Below are positions 56,651-64,000 of a DNA stretch of 64,000 bases, one piece after another. This DNA is from Planctomycetota bacterium. Its GTDB lineage: Bacteria; Planctomycetota; B15-G4. The notes below the pieces were generated by a model. The model was not told where the DNA came from and searched no databases. It saw only the letters and a list, made by a program, of their open reading frames with translations. The translations under genes and the position numbers were made by a program. The stretch's first letter is position 1, and each line of letters opens with the position of its first letter. The DNA lies in the NCBI GenBank assembly GCA_029259745.1, contig JAJDEO010000069.1, positions 129,983-193,982 of the forward strand. The letters run 5' to 3'.

Positions 56651-58312
56651 TCAAGGCACGGTGGCCGTGAGTCCGTTGCTGGCCGAGGCGCCGAACGGGA
56701 TCGACGCATCGATCACCCACCACTGGAAGACGAAGTCGGAGCCCGAGGGCGCGCCCGCTGGCCAGGTCCCGAGAAGTTCGAGCTTCTCGAACGCGAACAC
56801 AGTGCTGAAGATGTCCACGAAATCGGGGCTCGGCACGAGCACGCCGCCCTTGTACGGCGCGTTGATCTGCGAGCCGCCTATGACGAGCGCGGCCACACCG
56901 TTGGCGAGCGCTTCGGGAAGCGCGTTAGAGATCGAGATCCGGAAGTCGGAGCCGGGGACGAGCGTGCCGCCGCCGTCGAACACGTGCGCACCCGAGGAAC
57001 CCGGGTGACCGAGGCCGCGGTCGATCCAGAGGGCCTCGTTGAGCGACGTCACCCAGATCGATCCCGTCTGCGGTGGGTTGATGAAGTCGTTGTCGTTCGA
57101 GGCACCGATGACAAGCTCGGAGCGTCCGTCTCCGTCGAAGTCGGTCGACGCGAGGCTCGCCCCGAAGAACGCGTCTGTCGTCAGCGTGCCCTCGAACGTT
57201 CCCGCTGTGTCGCTGATCTTCTGGTGACCGTTGACCGTACCGTCAGGCTCGAGAAACAAGACCCAAGCTGCACCGTGATTCGAGCCTCCGTCATCATCGA
57301 AGACAGCCCCGACAGCGAGCTCCGCGACGCCGTTTCCGTCGCGGTCGGGAATCGCGGTCAGCGCGGACCCGAAGCGGTCGCCGGCCTTCAGCGCGCCTTC
57401 GAAGCCTCCGTCGCCGAGTGCGATGCGCTCGGCATCCCGCACCGTGCCGTTGCCGTTCAGGAAGACGATCCAGACCTCGCCGCGCAAACTGTCCGCCGTG
57501 TTCGCGCCGACAGCGATGTCGACGACGCCGTCTCCGTCGACGTCACCGATGTTGGCCACGGCGACGCCGAAGTTGAAGGCAGGCGAGACGGGCAGTCCAC
57601 CGACGCCGTCCGCGATACGCACCGAGTTCTTCACGGTGCCGTCCGCCTTCATGAACAAGATCCAGACCGCGCCCGTGCCGTCCTTCCATGCGCCGATCGC
57701 GATGTCGTTGACGCCGTCGCCATCGAGATCACCGAGCGCTGTCGCCGAACGGCCGAAGCGTCCGCCGGGGCTGAGCTGCCCCGCCATGCCGCCGCTCGAG
57801 TTCCCGATCACGACGGAACTCTTCACTGTGCCGTCAGCGTTGAGGAACAGCGTGAAGACCTCGCCCGTCGCGTTGTCACCGAAGTTGCTCCCCGCGACGA
57901 GATCGAGCACGCCGTCACCGTCGAGGTCACCGACGTCGACGACGCTGGAACCAAAGCGATCGAACGGGGCCACGGGACCGACGAAGCCACCCTCCGAGGC
58001 CGAGATCTTCTGTTCGGCGCGGACGCTGCCGTCGGCGTTCATGAACAGGATCCAGAGCGCGCCGGTGAACGTGCCGCCGTCATCATCGAGGTTCGCGCCC
58101 ACGGCCAGGTCGTGCACGCCGTCCCCGTCGAGATCACCGAGTCGCGCCGACGAGAAACCGAACGAATCGACCACATCGAGCGAGCCGCCGAAGCCGCCGA
58201 GACCCGCGCTGATCTCGACCTCGCCCGTCACGACGCTCGGCGTCTGCGCCACAGCTCCGACGCTCAGCGCCACCAGGGCAACGCCGAGAATGCACACATC
58301 TGCCGTCAGGGT
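56651..58312 (-). CDS. secreted FG-GAP/VCBS-repeat protein with the conserved ~95-aa C-terminal module
   Basis: True start MGRTLTADVCILGVALVALSVGAVAQ. Listed ORF 56651..58819 has a wrong-frame N-extension. Repeats LGDLDGDGVHDLAVGA / VGDLDGDGVLDLVAG / LGDLDGDGVNDIAIGA / IGDVDGDGVVDIAVGA. C-terminal module homologous to 3992..6454 and 16779..17249. Start coordinate is +/-1 uncertain. Confidence 0.7.
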   Translation of the reverse strand, partial: TLTADVCILGVALVALSVGAVAQTPSVVTGEVEISAGLGGFGGSLDVVDSFGFSSARLGDLDGDGVHDLAVGANLDDDGGTFTGALWILFMNADGSVRAEQKISASEGGFVGPVAPFDRFGSSVVDVGDLDGDGVLDLVAGSNFGDNATGEVFTLFLNADGTVKSSVVIGNSSGGMAGQLSPGGRFGRSATALGDLDGDGVNDIAIGAWKDGTGAVWILFMKADGTVKNSVRIADGVGGLPVSPAFNFGVAVANIGDVDGDGVVDIAVGANTADSLRGEVWIVFLNGNGTVRDAERIALGDGGFEGALKAGDRFGSALTAIPDRDGNGVAELAVGAVFDDDGGSNHGAAWVLFLEPDGTVNGHQKISDTAGTFEGTLTTDAFFGASLASTDFDGDGRSELVIGASNDNDFINPPQTGSIWVTSLNEALWIDRGLGHPGSSGAHVFDGGGTLVPGSDFRISISNALPEALANGVAALVIGGSQINAPYKGGVLVPSPDFVDIFSTVFAFEKLELLGTWPAGAPSGSDFVFQWWVIDASIPFGASASNGLTATVP

Positions 58313-58421
58313 TCTTCCCATTCTCTCTCTCCTCGTCTCGATCTCTTGGTCATGCCGCATGGGCGGAGAAAGGCTCAACGCCACCAACGCGCGAAGCGGA
58401 CGGACCCGTCTCGGAAAAGAT

Positions 58422-60665
58422 TCAAGGCAGGTGCACGGCGAGGGGCGCGCCGTCCTCGGTGATCTCGACTGAGCCGAAGGCGCGGCGCCCGGCGTCGTCG
58501 TCGAGCTGAACCTCGTACCAACCGGGCGCGAGCCACAGCTCGACACGGCGCGTGCCCTGCTGCATGGGAAGGCGACGCGAGTCGACGTTCTGCCGACGCT
58601 CGTTGAGCACCGTGACGTCGAGCACGCCGAGGCTGCGCCCGCCGTCCCCAGTGCGCACGTCAAGCGCGAGCGGGTAGCCCTTCTCGACACGCACAGCCAG
58701 CTCTTGGGCGCGGCGCGGATCGATCGTGACGGGGTACGCGGCCGAAGCCGCGCCCTTCCCACGCACGACCACCACGTGCTCGCCGGCGCCGCCCGACGCG
58801 CGGTAGATGCCGTCGTCATCGAAGACGAATCGCGAGCTGCGCGAGTTCAGGTCCGCGCGGCGCAGGGAGAGCTGGACGTCACGCTCCCGGATGCCTTCGG
58901 GGAGATCGAGCCGCACGTAGACGCCGCCCTCGCGTGGAATGACCTCGACGTCGCCGAGATCGAAGGTCTCGCCGGGTTTTACGATGAACGTGATCGCTTG
59001 GTCGGTGATGAAGCCGAACGTCTCGACCTCGACGTGATACTCGCCGGGGAGCAGCTCGACGTCGAAGCGCCCGTCGTCATCGACGGGCACACCGATCATC
59101 TTGTAGGCCCGCCGAAGGGAGATCGTCGGCCGCTCGTCACGCAGGCTGACCACTCGTCCGACCACGCGCGCGGGATCGAAACTCTCGATGTGGAGGGTGA
59201 GATCGCTACCGACCGAGACGCGCGACTGCGAAGCGACGGTGCCGAAACCGATCTTGTCGACATTCACGGTGTATAGGCCGTCGACCAGCCCGGCGAAGTG
59301 AAAGCGCCCGTCTCGCAGGCCCGCAACATCCACGTCTTGCCCGTCGAGCATCAGGTGCACGAGGACACCCGCGAGCGATTCGTCGTCTGGCGGCACGACG
59401 AGCCCCGAGATCTCACCGCCGCCTCGAAGCACGGGATTCCACTCGACGACGGGTCCTGGCACGAAGTCGACGCCTGCCCGGCCGAGCACGAAGTCGGCGC
59501 TCGACGCGGGAAGGTGTTCGCGGTGCTCGACGACGATGTCCTTCGTCGACGTGTGCCAGTCGGGCGGGAGCCGGTCGAGGCGGAAGCGTCCGTCGGCGCC
59601 GGTCGACCACTGCAAGTCGTTCCCGAACGACCAGTCACCCCAGCGTACGGTCGCGTGCTGAAGCGGCTCGCCGTCCTCATCCGTGACCGCGCCGTGCACG
59701 GTCCAGCCGTGGCGCAGCGTGATGTCCAGCTCGTGCTCGCCTGCGGACGAGAGGTCGACGACATCCGTCTTGCGCGCGAAGCCTGGTGCGCGGGCATCCA
59801 CGGTGACCGGCTTGGCCGCGAGCCCTTCGAACGCGTAGCGCCCGGCCGAATCGGTGCGCGCCACGTGCGGACTGGCGAGGTGGACGGCAAATCGGCCGTA
59901 GGTCTCCTCGTGATGAACAGCCAAGACGACCAGCGCTTCGGGGACAGGCTCACCGGTCTCCGCGTGCACGACCCCTCGGAGCCGTCGCGCGCCTTCAATG
60001 AGCGTGACCGTGACTCGTTCGGTGTTCATGACATCCACGGGAACGGCGGCCTGGTAGAGCGGATGGGTCACGTAGATGGCTTGCAGCATGTGCGCATCAC
60101 GGATCGCGAAACGCCCCTCGGCGTCGGTGACCGTGGCCTCACGCGTGCGTTCGAACAAGATCATGTCGAGCGCGATGGACGCGCCGGCAATGGGCTCGCC
60201 GCGCCGGTCGACGACGACACCGCTGATGTCGATGCCGTCGGGGATCGTGATCAGCGTTTCGGTCGGTGTGTCGGCGGCCACGTCGACGGGCTCGGTCACG
60301 ACTCGGTCGAGCAGCAACGTGTGCACGCCCGGCTCGAGCGACGCAAGGCGACATTCCCCGCGGTCGTCCGTCTTGCCTTCGACGATGTGCGCGAACGGCC
60401 CGGCGTTCCAGTGCGGCGTGACGGCGACGTTGATGCCGACGGCCGGCGTTCCGTCCGACCACTCGACACGCACGAGCAGCTCGTCGACCGCCGGCGCATC
60501 GACGGGCGTCGAGGCCACCGACTCGCCCGTGTCCTCGCGGGCTCCGGTGACCAAGGCGACACCGCGTACGGCGGGCTCCACGGCCGTCTCATCGGACGCC
60601 AGCATCGCAACGACGATGACCGCCGCGGCCAACCCAAGGACGGCGAGAACGATGCGCGGCGTCAT
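58422..60665 (-). CDS. membrane-anchored protein with multiple carboxypeptidase-regulatory-like (CarbopepD_reg/Ig-like) repeats
   Basis: N-terminal TM (IVLAVLGLAAAVIVVAML). Repeated modules of the form GVVVDRRGEPIAGASI...TDAEGRFAI / TDSAGRYAFEGL / TGADGRFRL. Paralog of the next gene. Confidence 0.7.
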   Translation of the reverse strand: MTPRIVLAVLGLAAAVIVVAMLASDETAVEPAVRGVALVTGAREDTGESVASTPVDAPAVDELLVRVEWSDGTPAVGINVAVTPHWNAGPFAHIVEGKTDDRGECRLASLEPGVHTLLLDRVVTEPVDVAADTPTETLITIPDGIDISGVVVDRRGEPIAGASIALDMILFERTREATVTDAEGRFAIRDAHMLQAIYVTHPLYQAAVPVDVMNTERVTVTLIEGARRLRGVVHAETGEPVPEALVVLAVHHEETYGRFAVHLASPHVARTDSAGRYAFEGLAAKPVTVDARAPGFARKTDVVDLSSAGEHELDITLRHGWTVHGAVTDEDGEPLQHATVRWGDWSFGNDLQWSTGADGRFRLDRLPPDWHTSTKDIVVEHREHLPASSADFVLGRAGVDFVPGPVVEWNPVLRGGGEISGLVVPPDDESLAGVLVHLMLDGQDVDVAGLRDGRFHFAGLVDGLYTVNVDKIGFGTVASQSRVSVGSDLTLHIESFDPARVVGRVVSLRDERPTISLRRAYKMIGVPVDDDGRFDVELLPGEYHVEVETFGFITDQAITFIVKPGETFDLGDVEVIPREGGVYVRLDLPEGIRERDVQLSLRRADLNSRSSRFVFDDDGIYRASGGAGEHVVVVRGKGAASAAYPVTIDPRRAQELAVRVEKGYPLALDVRTGDGGRSLGVLDVTVLNERRQNVDSRRLPMQQGTRRVELWLAPGWYEVQLDDDAGRRAFGSVEITEDGAPLAVHLP

Positions 60666-62794
60666 GGGAGGAACAGTGCCACGGTCGCCGGCTCAGCGTC
60701 CGTGACGTCGACCGTCGACGACACCGTCGGGCCGCCGTCCTCGGACACCGTCACGACGTAGCGTCCCGCGCCGACCCATGCCTCGACTCGCAGCGCGTCT
60801 CGCACGATCGCCGTCTGCTCTGACGTGACCCACACGCCCTCATCCGTTCGGACGACGACATCGACCGGCGCGCGCCTCGTCCGCGACGCAGCGCGTGCGA
60901 CCTCGATCGTCAACGGCGTCCCGCGCCGTGCGACGAGGCTCACGTCGTTGTCGGTGTCGGGCTGCACGAGGAGTGGGAAGCCCGCCGCAGCAACGCCGTC
61001 GCCGCGCACGTGGAGCGTGTAGTGCCCCATCGGGACCGTGGGCGTCGAGACACTGCCGACGCCGAACGACAGCCCGACCCAGCCACCGTGCTGCGACCAG
61101 AGCCAAACGCGCACATCCTCGGGATCGACACCGTCCTCGGCCCAGATCGTCGGCACGACGCGCCCACGCATCGCGACCTCGACGTCGCCGAGATCGTGAG
61201 GCGCTCCGTGGTCGACCTTGACGTACATCCGCTCACTCCAAGCCGTCGTTCCCGCCGACATCGAAAGCAGATATCCGCCCGGTGCCAACTCGCATTCGAA
61301 ATGCCCTTCGGCATCCAGGTCCAGCGCGATTTGGAACCCGTTGTCGAGATGCAAACGCGCACTGGAAGTCTTCAGTGCCCGTCCTGAACTGTCGACGAGC
61401 CGTCCCGTGACCGTCGCCGGTTTCTGCTTCAAGAGGACTTCTCGTCCGGGCCGAACACCTTCGGCCACAGCGATGGGCTTGGACTTCGACCCGGCCCGCA
61501 GCGTGGAGTCACCGTCAGGCACCCCGAGAAACTCGAAGCGCCCCTCGGCGTCTGTGACCGCCTTCCTGTCCCACATGCTGGGCTCTCCGAATCCGCCCTC
61601 GAGCCAGACCGACTGGCGCGGCCACGGTCGTCCATCACCGCGGAGCAGCACACCCGTGATCGGCGCGCCGACCGTGAGCACTGGGTTCCACTGGGTGTCG
61701 TGGTGAGCGTCGAGATCGCGCGCCAAGCTCGGCGCACAGTGAGCGTGGTCCGCGATCAGTTCCAGGTCGTCTTCGTTCCAGCACGGCGGCAGTCCATCGA
61801 GCACGTAGCCACCGTCGACACCTGTCCAGGCGCGCACGAGCGGCTCCCAAGGCGACTCCCCGAAGCTCACGGACGCAGCGCGGATCGGCGTGCCCGTCTC
61901 GTCCGTGACGATGCCGCGCACGGTCCAGCCTGGATCGAGGTCGACGTCGAGAACGGTGACGTCCTCCTTCCACGACGCGGGCTCCACGACTCGCCGATGC
62001 GCAGCGAGACCCTTCGCTCGCACGGTCACCTGCCAGGCTCTCGACGGCAGGCTTCCGAACTCGTAGCGCCCCTCGGCATCCGTCGTCGTCGTGAAGTTCA
62101 CGCCGAACTGCAAGAGCCGCTCACCCACGCCTGCGCTGGCAAGGACGAGCTCCACCTGGGCTCCGGCGACGGGTCCGCCACCGACACGACGCACGACGCC
62201 GCGCAACGTCAGCGGCTCGGCGCGCAACCACGTGAGCTTGACCTTTCCGTCTGGTCCCATCGCGCAGAGCGCGAACTGGTAGTTCGGATGTCGGATGCCG
62301 AGCTTCGCGACGTCGGCAACGGCGCGCAGTCGAAAGCGTCCTTCGGAGTCTGTCGTCGTGGCGGGAAACATGCCCGAGCCGACCGAGCAGGCATCGAGCA
62401 GAACCTCGGCGCCTTCAATGGGTTCGCCGAGCGCATCGACGACGCGCCCTTCGCGGTCGCGATGATCTTCGATCGCAAGCGTGACCTCCGCGGCCGCGCC
62501 GTCCACAACGTCCACTTCTTGCATGGCGAAACGCTCGGCCCCGACGATCACCCTGCCGCTCTCGACGTGGAACGCGACGCGTCCCGCGGCGTCCGTGACC
62601 TTGCGCTGCGGGACAAGCCACGACGGGCGCTGCGCCTGGGCGACGCGGACACCCACGCCCTCGGCATCGGCCCCGTCAGCCCACGTCACGTGCACGAGGA
62701 GGTTGTGCTCCACGCCGGCACGCGCACCATCCCGCGCGAATGCCGACGCGATCGCAGCCACCAGGACGAGCGCGATCCCCCTCTGCTTCGACAT
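60662..62794 (-). CDS. membrane-anchored carboxypeptidase-regulatory-like repeat protein (paralog of 58422..60665)
   Basis: ATG 62794 (MSKQRGIALVLVAAIASAFA). Repeats TDAAGRVAF / TDSEGRFRL / TDAEGRYEF / TDAEGRFEF. C-termini of both paralogs end ...VHLP / ...LFLP. Stop/start overlap with the downstream paralog. Confidence 0.7.
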   Translation of the reverse strand: MSKQRGIALVLVAAIASAFARDGARAGVEHNLLVHVTWADGADAEGVGVRVAQAQRPSWLVPQRKVTDAAGRVAFHVESGRVIVGAERFAMQEVDVVDGAAAEVTLAIEDHRDREGRVVDALGEPIEGAEVLLDACSVGSGMFPATTTDSEGRFRLRAVADVAKLGIRHPNYQFALCAMGPDGKVKLTWLRAEPLTLRGVVRRVGGGPVAGAQVELVLASAGVGERLLQFGVNFTTTTDAEGRYEFGSLPSRAWQVTVRAKGLAAHRRVVEPASWKEDVTVLDVDLDPGWTVRGIVTDETGTPIRAASVSFGESPWEPLVRAWTGVDGGYVLDGLPPCWNEDDLELIADHAHCAPSLARDLDAHHDTQWNPVLTVGAPITGVLLRGDGRPWPRQSVWLEGGFGEPSMWDRKAVTDAEGRFEFLGVPDGDSTLRAGSKSKPIAVAEGVRPGREVLLKQKPATVTGRLVDSSGRALKTSSARLHLDNGFQIALDLDAEGHFECELAPGGYLLSMSAGTTAWSERMYVKVDHGAPHDLGDVEVAMRGRVVPTIWAEDGVDPEDVRVWLWSQHGGWVGLSFGVGSVSTPTVPMGHYTLHVRGDGVAAAGFPLLVQPDTDNDVSLVARRGTPLTIEVARAASRTRRAPVDVVVRTDEGVWVTSEQTAIVRDALRVEAWVGAGRYVVTVSEDGGPTVSSTVDVTDAEPATVALFLP

Positions 62795-62927
62795 CGTCCA
62801 ACTCCCCTCTGCGACACGAACCTCGACACCCGACGCAAGCCCCATCGTAGTGGACGTACGCGAGGCGTGCCCTGGTAGCATCCGCTCTCCGCTTTCATCC
62901 CCACGAATCCATTTCCACGAGCCTTCC

Positions 62928-63224
62928 ATGAAGATGTTCCTCCGCCGCGCCGCCCTGGCCGCGCTCCTTGCCACCTCGTTCACGTCCTGCATCTACCAGA
63001 ACATCGTGATCCCGCTCGACACCGATCTCGACGTCACCGAACTCGGGACAAAGACGGGCGAATCGACGATGCGCACGTACTTCTGGGTCGTGCAGGTCGG
63101 CGATGCCGGTGTGCAGGCCGCCGCGCGCAATGGCCAGATCTCCGTGCTGCGCCATGCCGATCAGAAGCGCTTCAACGTGCTCAGCGTCTACCAAGAGTGT
63201 TCGACCATCGTTTATGGAGACTGA
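62928..63224 (+). CDS. TRL-domain-like small lipoprotein
   Basis: ATG 62928. Signal/lipobox MKMFLRRAALAALLATSFTSC. GDAGVQAAARNGQISVLRHADQ...NVLSVYQECSTIVYGD matches the TRL (tRNA-associated-locus) lipoprotein family pattern. Confidence 0.6.
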   Translation: MKMFLRRAALAALLATSFTSCIYQNIVIPLDTDLDVTELGTKTGESTMRTYFWVVQVGDAGVQAAARNGQISVLRHADQKRFNVLSVYQECSTIVYGD

Positions 63225-63573
63225 CGTGCGTGCCTCATCACTGAACCGCGCGTCACTGCACCGGGCACGTTCACTGCTCGCGTTGATGCTGCTGACGGCG
63301 TTGACGAGCTGCGGCGCCGTTTACCAGCACATCGTCGTGCCGGTGGACGTCAACCTCGACAACACGGCTGTCTATGCGGGCGAAGGCCGAGCGGCAACGC
63401 ACCACATCAGCGTCGACGCAAGCGTCGATTGGGGCGACCACTCGATCGGCGCGGCGGCACGTCGCGGTGGGCTCGATACCGTCCACTACGCTGACCTCGA
63501 AGTCTTCTCGGTGCTCAGCGTCTATCGCAAGGAAACGCTGCACCTCTACGGCACCGTCGCGCCGCAGCCCTGA
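63214..63573 (+). CDS. TRL-domain-like small lipoprotein (tandem paralog)
   Basis: ATG 63214 overlaps the previous stop; GTG 63226 is an alternative. Lipobox LTSC. GDHSIGAAARRGGLDTVHYADLEVFSVLSVYRKETLHLYG. Confidence 0.55.
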   Translation: METDVRASSLNRASLHRARSLLALMLLTALTSCGAVYQHIVVPVDVNLDNTAVYAGEGRAATHHISVDASVDWGDHSIGAAARRGGLDTVHYADLEVFSVLSVYRKETLHLYGTVAPQP

Positions 63574-63588
63574 GCGCGAGGTGCGGCC

Positions 63589-63936
63589 TCAGGAATCGTG
63601 ACGCTTCAGCGTGCGCTTCGGCGCGCGGGCACGCCACGCGACCTTCAGCGCCGCGCGCATCATCGGCATGCGCGCGGCGCCGAGGTCGACTTCCGTGCAA
63701 CCCTGCCGTCCCCACGCACCGCTCGATGGCGCGTAGACCTCCGGGTGCGACGCGAGCAGCTCCGTCTGGATGTCGGGCGGCAGGCGCACCATCGCGCGCG
63801 TGTCCGCCGGACCGAGCGTCGCGAAGATCTTGCCGCCCACGCGAAAGTCGGCCTGACCGTGGTGCGCGCCCTCTTCGGTTTCAGGCAGTTCCAGCGCGAG
63901 CTTCCGAAACTGGTCGGGCTTCACGACACGCCCCAC
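63589..63936 (-). CDS. MmcQ/YjbR-family putative DNA-binding protein
   Basis: FRKLALELPETEEGAHHGQADFRVGGKIFATL is the YjbR (PF04237) N-terminal signature. GTG start. Confidence 0.65.
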   Translation of the reverse strand: MGRVVKPDQFRKLALELPETEEGAHHGQADFRVGGKIFATLGPADTRAMVRLPPDIQTELLASHPEVYAPSSGAWGRQGCTEVDLGAARMPMMRAALKVAWRARAPKRTLKRHDS

Positions 63937-64000
63937 CCCTCGCGGCGCGCGAGCTGCTCGATGTGTGCGAGGTGGTGTCGACCGTGCCAGCGATAGGTCG
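63921..64000 (-). CDS. partial CDS (3' end only) of an upstream minus-strand gene
   Basis: Minus-strand frame ...AHIEQLARREGWGVS* has its stop at 63923..63921, overlapping the MmcQ start. Truncated by the window edge. Confidence 0.3.
   Translation of the reverse strand, partial: TYRWHGRHHLAHIEQLARREGWGVS

Overview
This is a 64 kb, roughly 70% GC window. Long spurious R/A/P-rich ORFs on every strand are typical of a high-GC genome; I separated real genes from these by third-codon-position GC. The gene content includes a PVC-type giant heme-binding dehydrogenase-domain protein and three tandem EutN/CcmL (BMC-P) genes, which points to a Planctomycetota-like (PVC) chromosome segment. This placement is inference from domain signatures only. 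I call about 60 genes.

- **Positions 1-19.2 kb:** a single co-directional minus-strand gene train. It runs NhaA-like fragment, GNAT, ExoD, amidohydrolase, FG-GAP surface protein, 2x GT2, Wzt/Wzm-type ABC exporter, ROK kinase, sulfatase-like transferase, lipoprotein, der, frameshifted lipoprotein, a small protein carrying a conserved C-terminal module, queE, and an aminotransferase. Most of this is a surface-glycan biosynthesis/export cluster.
- **19-30 kb:** SPOR protein, TPR-HEXXH peptidase, YkgJ, a Ser/Thr kinase divergent from a ClpA-D2-like AAA+ ATPase, an aminotransferase, a YdbS/YdbT bPH-domain operon with a frameshift, and DJ-1/PfpI.
- **30-35.5 kb:** secreted YciI/NTF2 and ThuA-like proteins, then a lower-GC (about 60%) insertion. 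It carries a secreted hypothetical protein and a metzincin protease, flanked by a diverged duplicate of the 3' end of the neighbouring giant gene.
- **35.8-42.3 kb:** a 1640-aa multidomain PVC-type protein (GDSL-like, beta-propeller, HEAT, discoidin, cupredoxin, cytochrome c), a BNR/Ycf48-like propeller, and a MoaD-like Gly-Gly protein.
- **42.5-49.1 kb:** a GT39/PMT-like mannosyltransferase, a SurA-like chaperone, three tandem BMC vertex (BMC-P) genes, and a class II aldolase with terminal extensions. I read this as a PVM-like microcompartment satellite locus with no BMC-H gene in the window.
- **50-64 kb:** small enzymes (GNAT, YiiX, VOC, ComEC-like MBL, alpha/beta hydrolase, YaiI, TIGR01777 epimerase) and a surface-protein island. 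The island holds an FG-GAP protein, two paralogous CarbopepD_reg-repeat proteins and two tandem TRL lipoproteins.

No rRNA, tRNA, CRISPR array, transposase or integrase was recognised. Coordinates come from the ORF track plus start-codon trimming and may be off by a few nucleotides.
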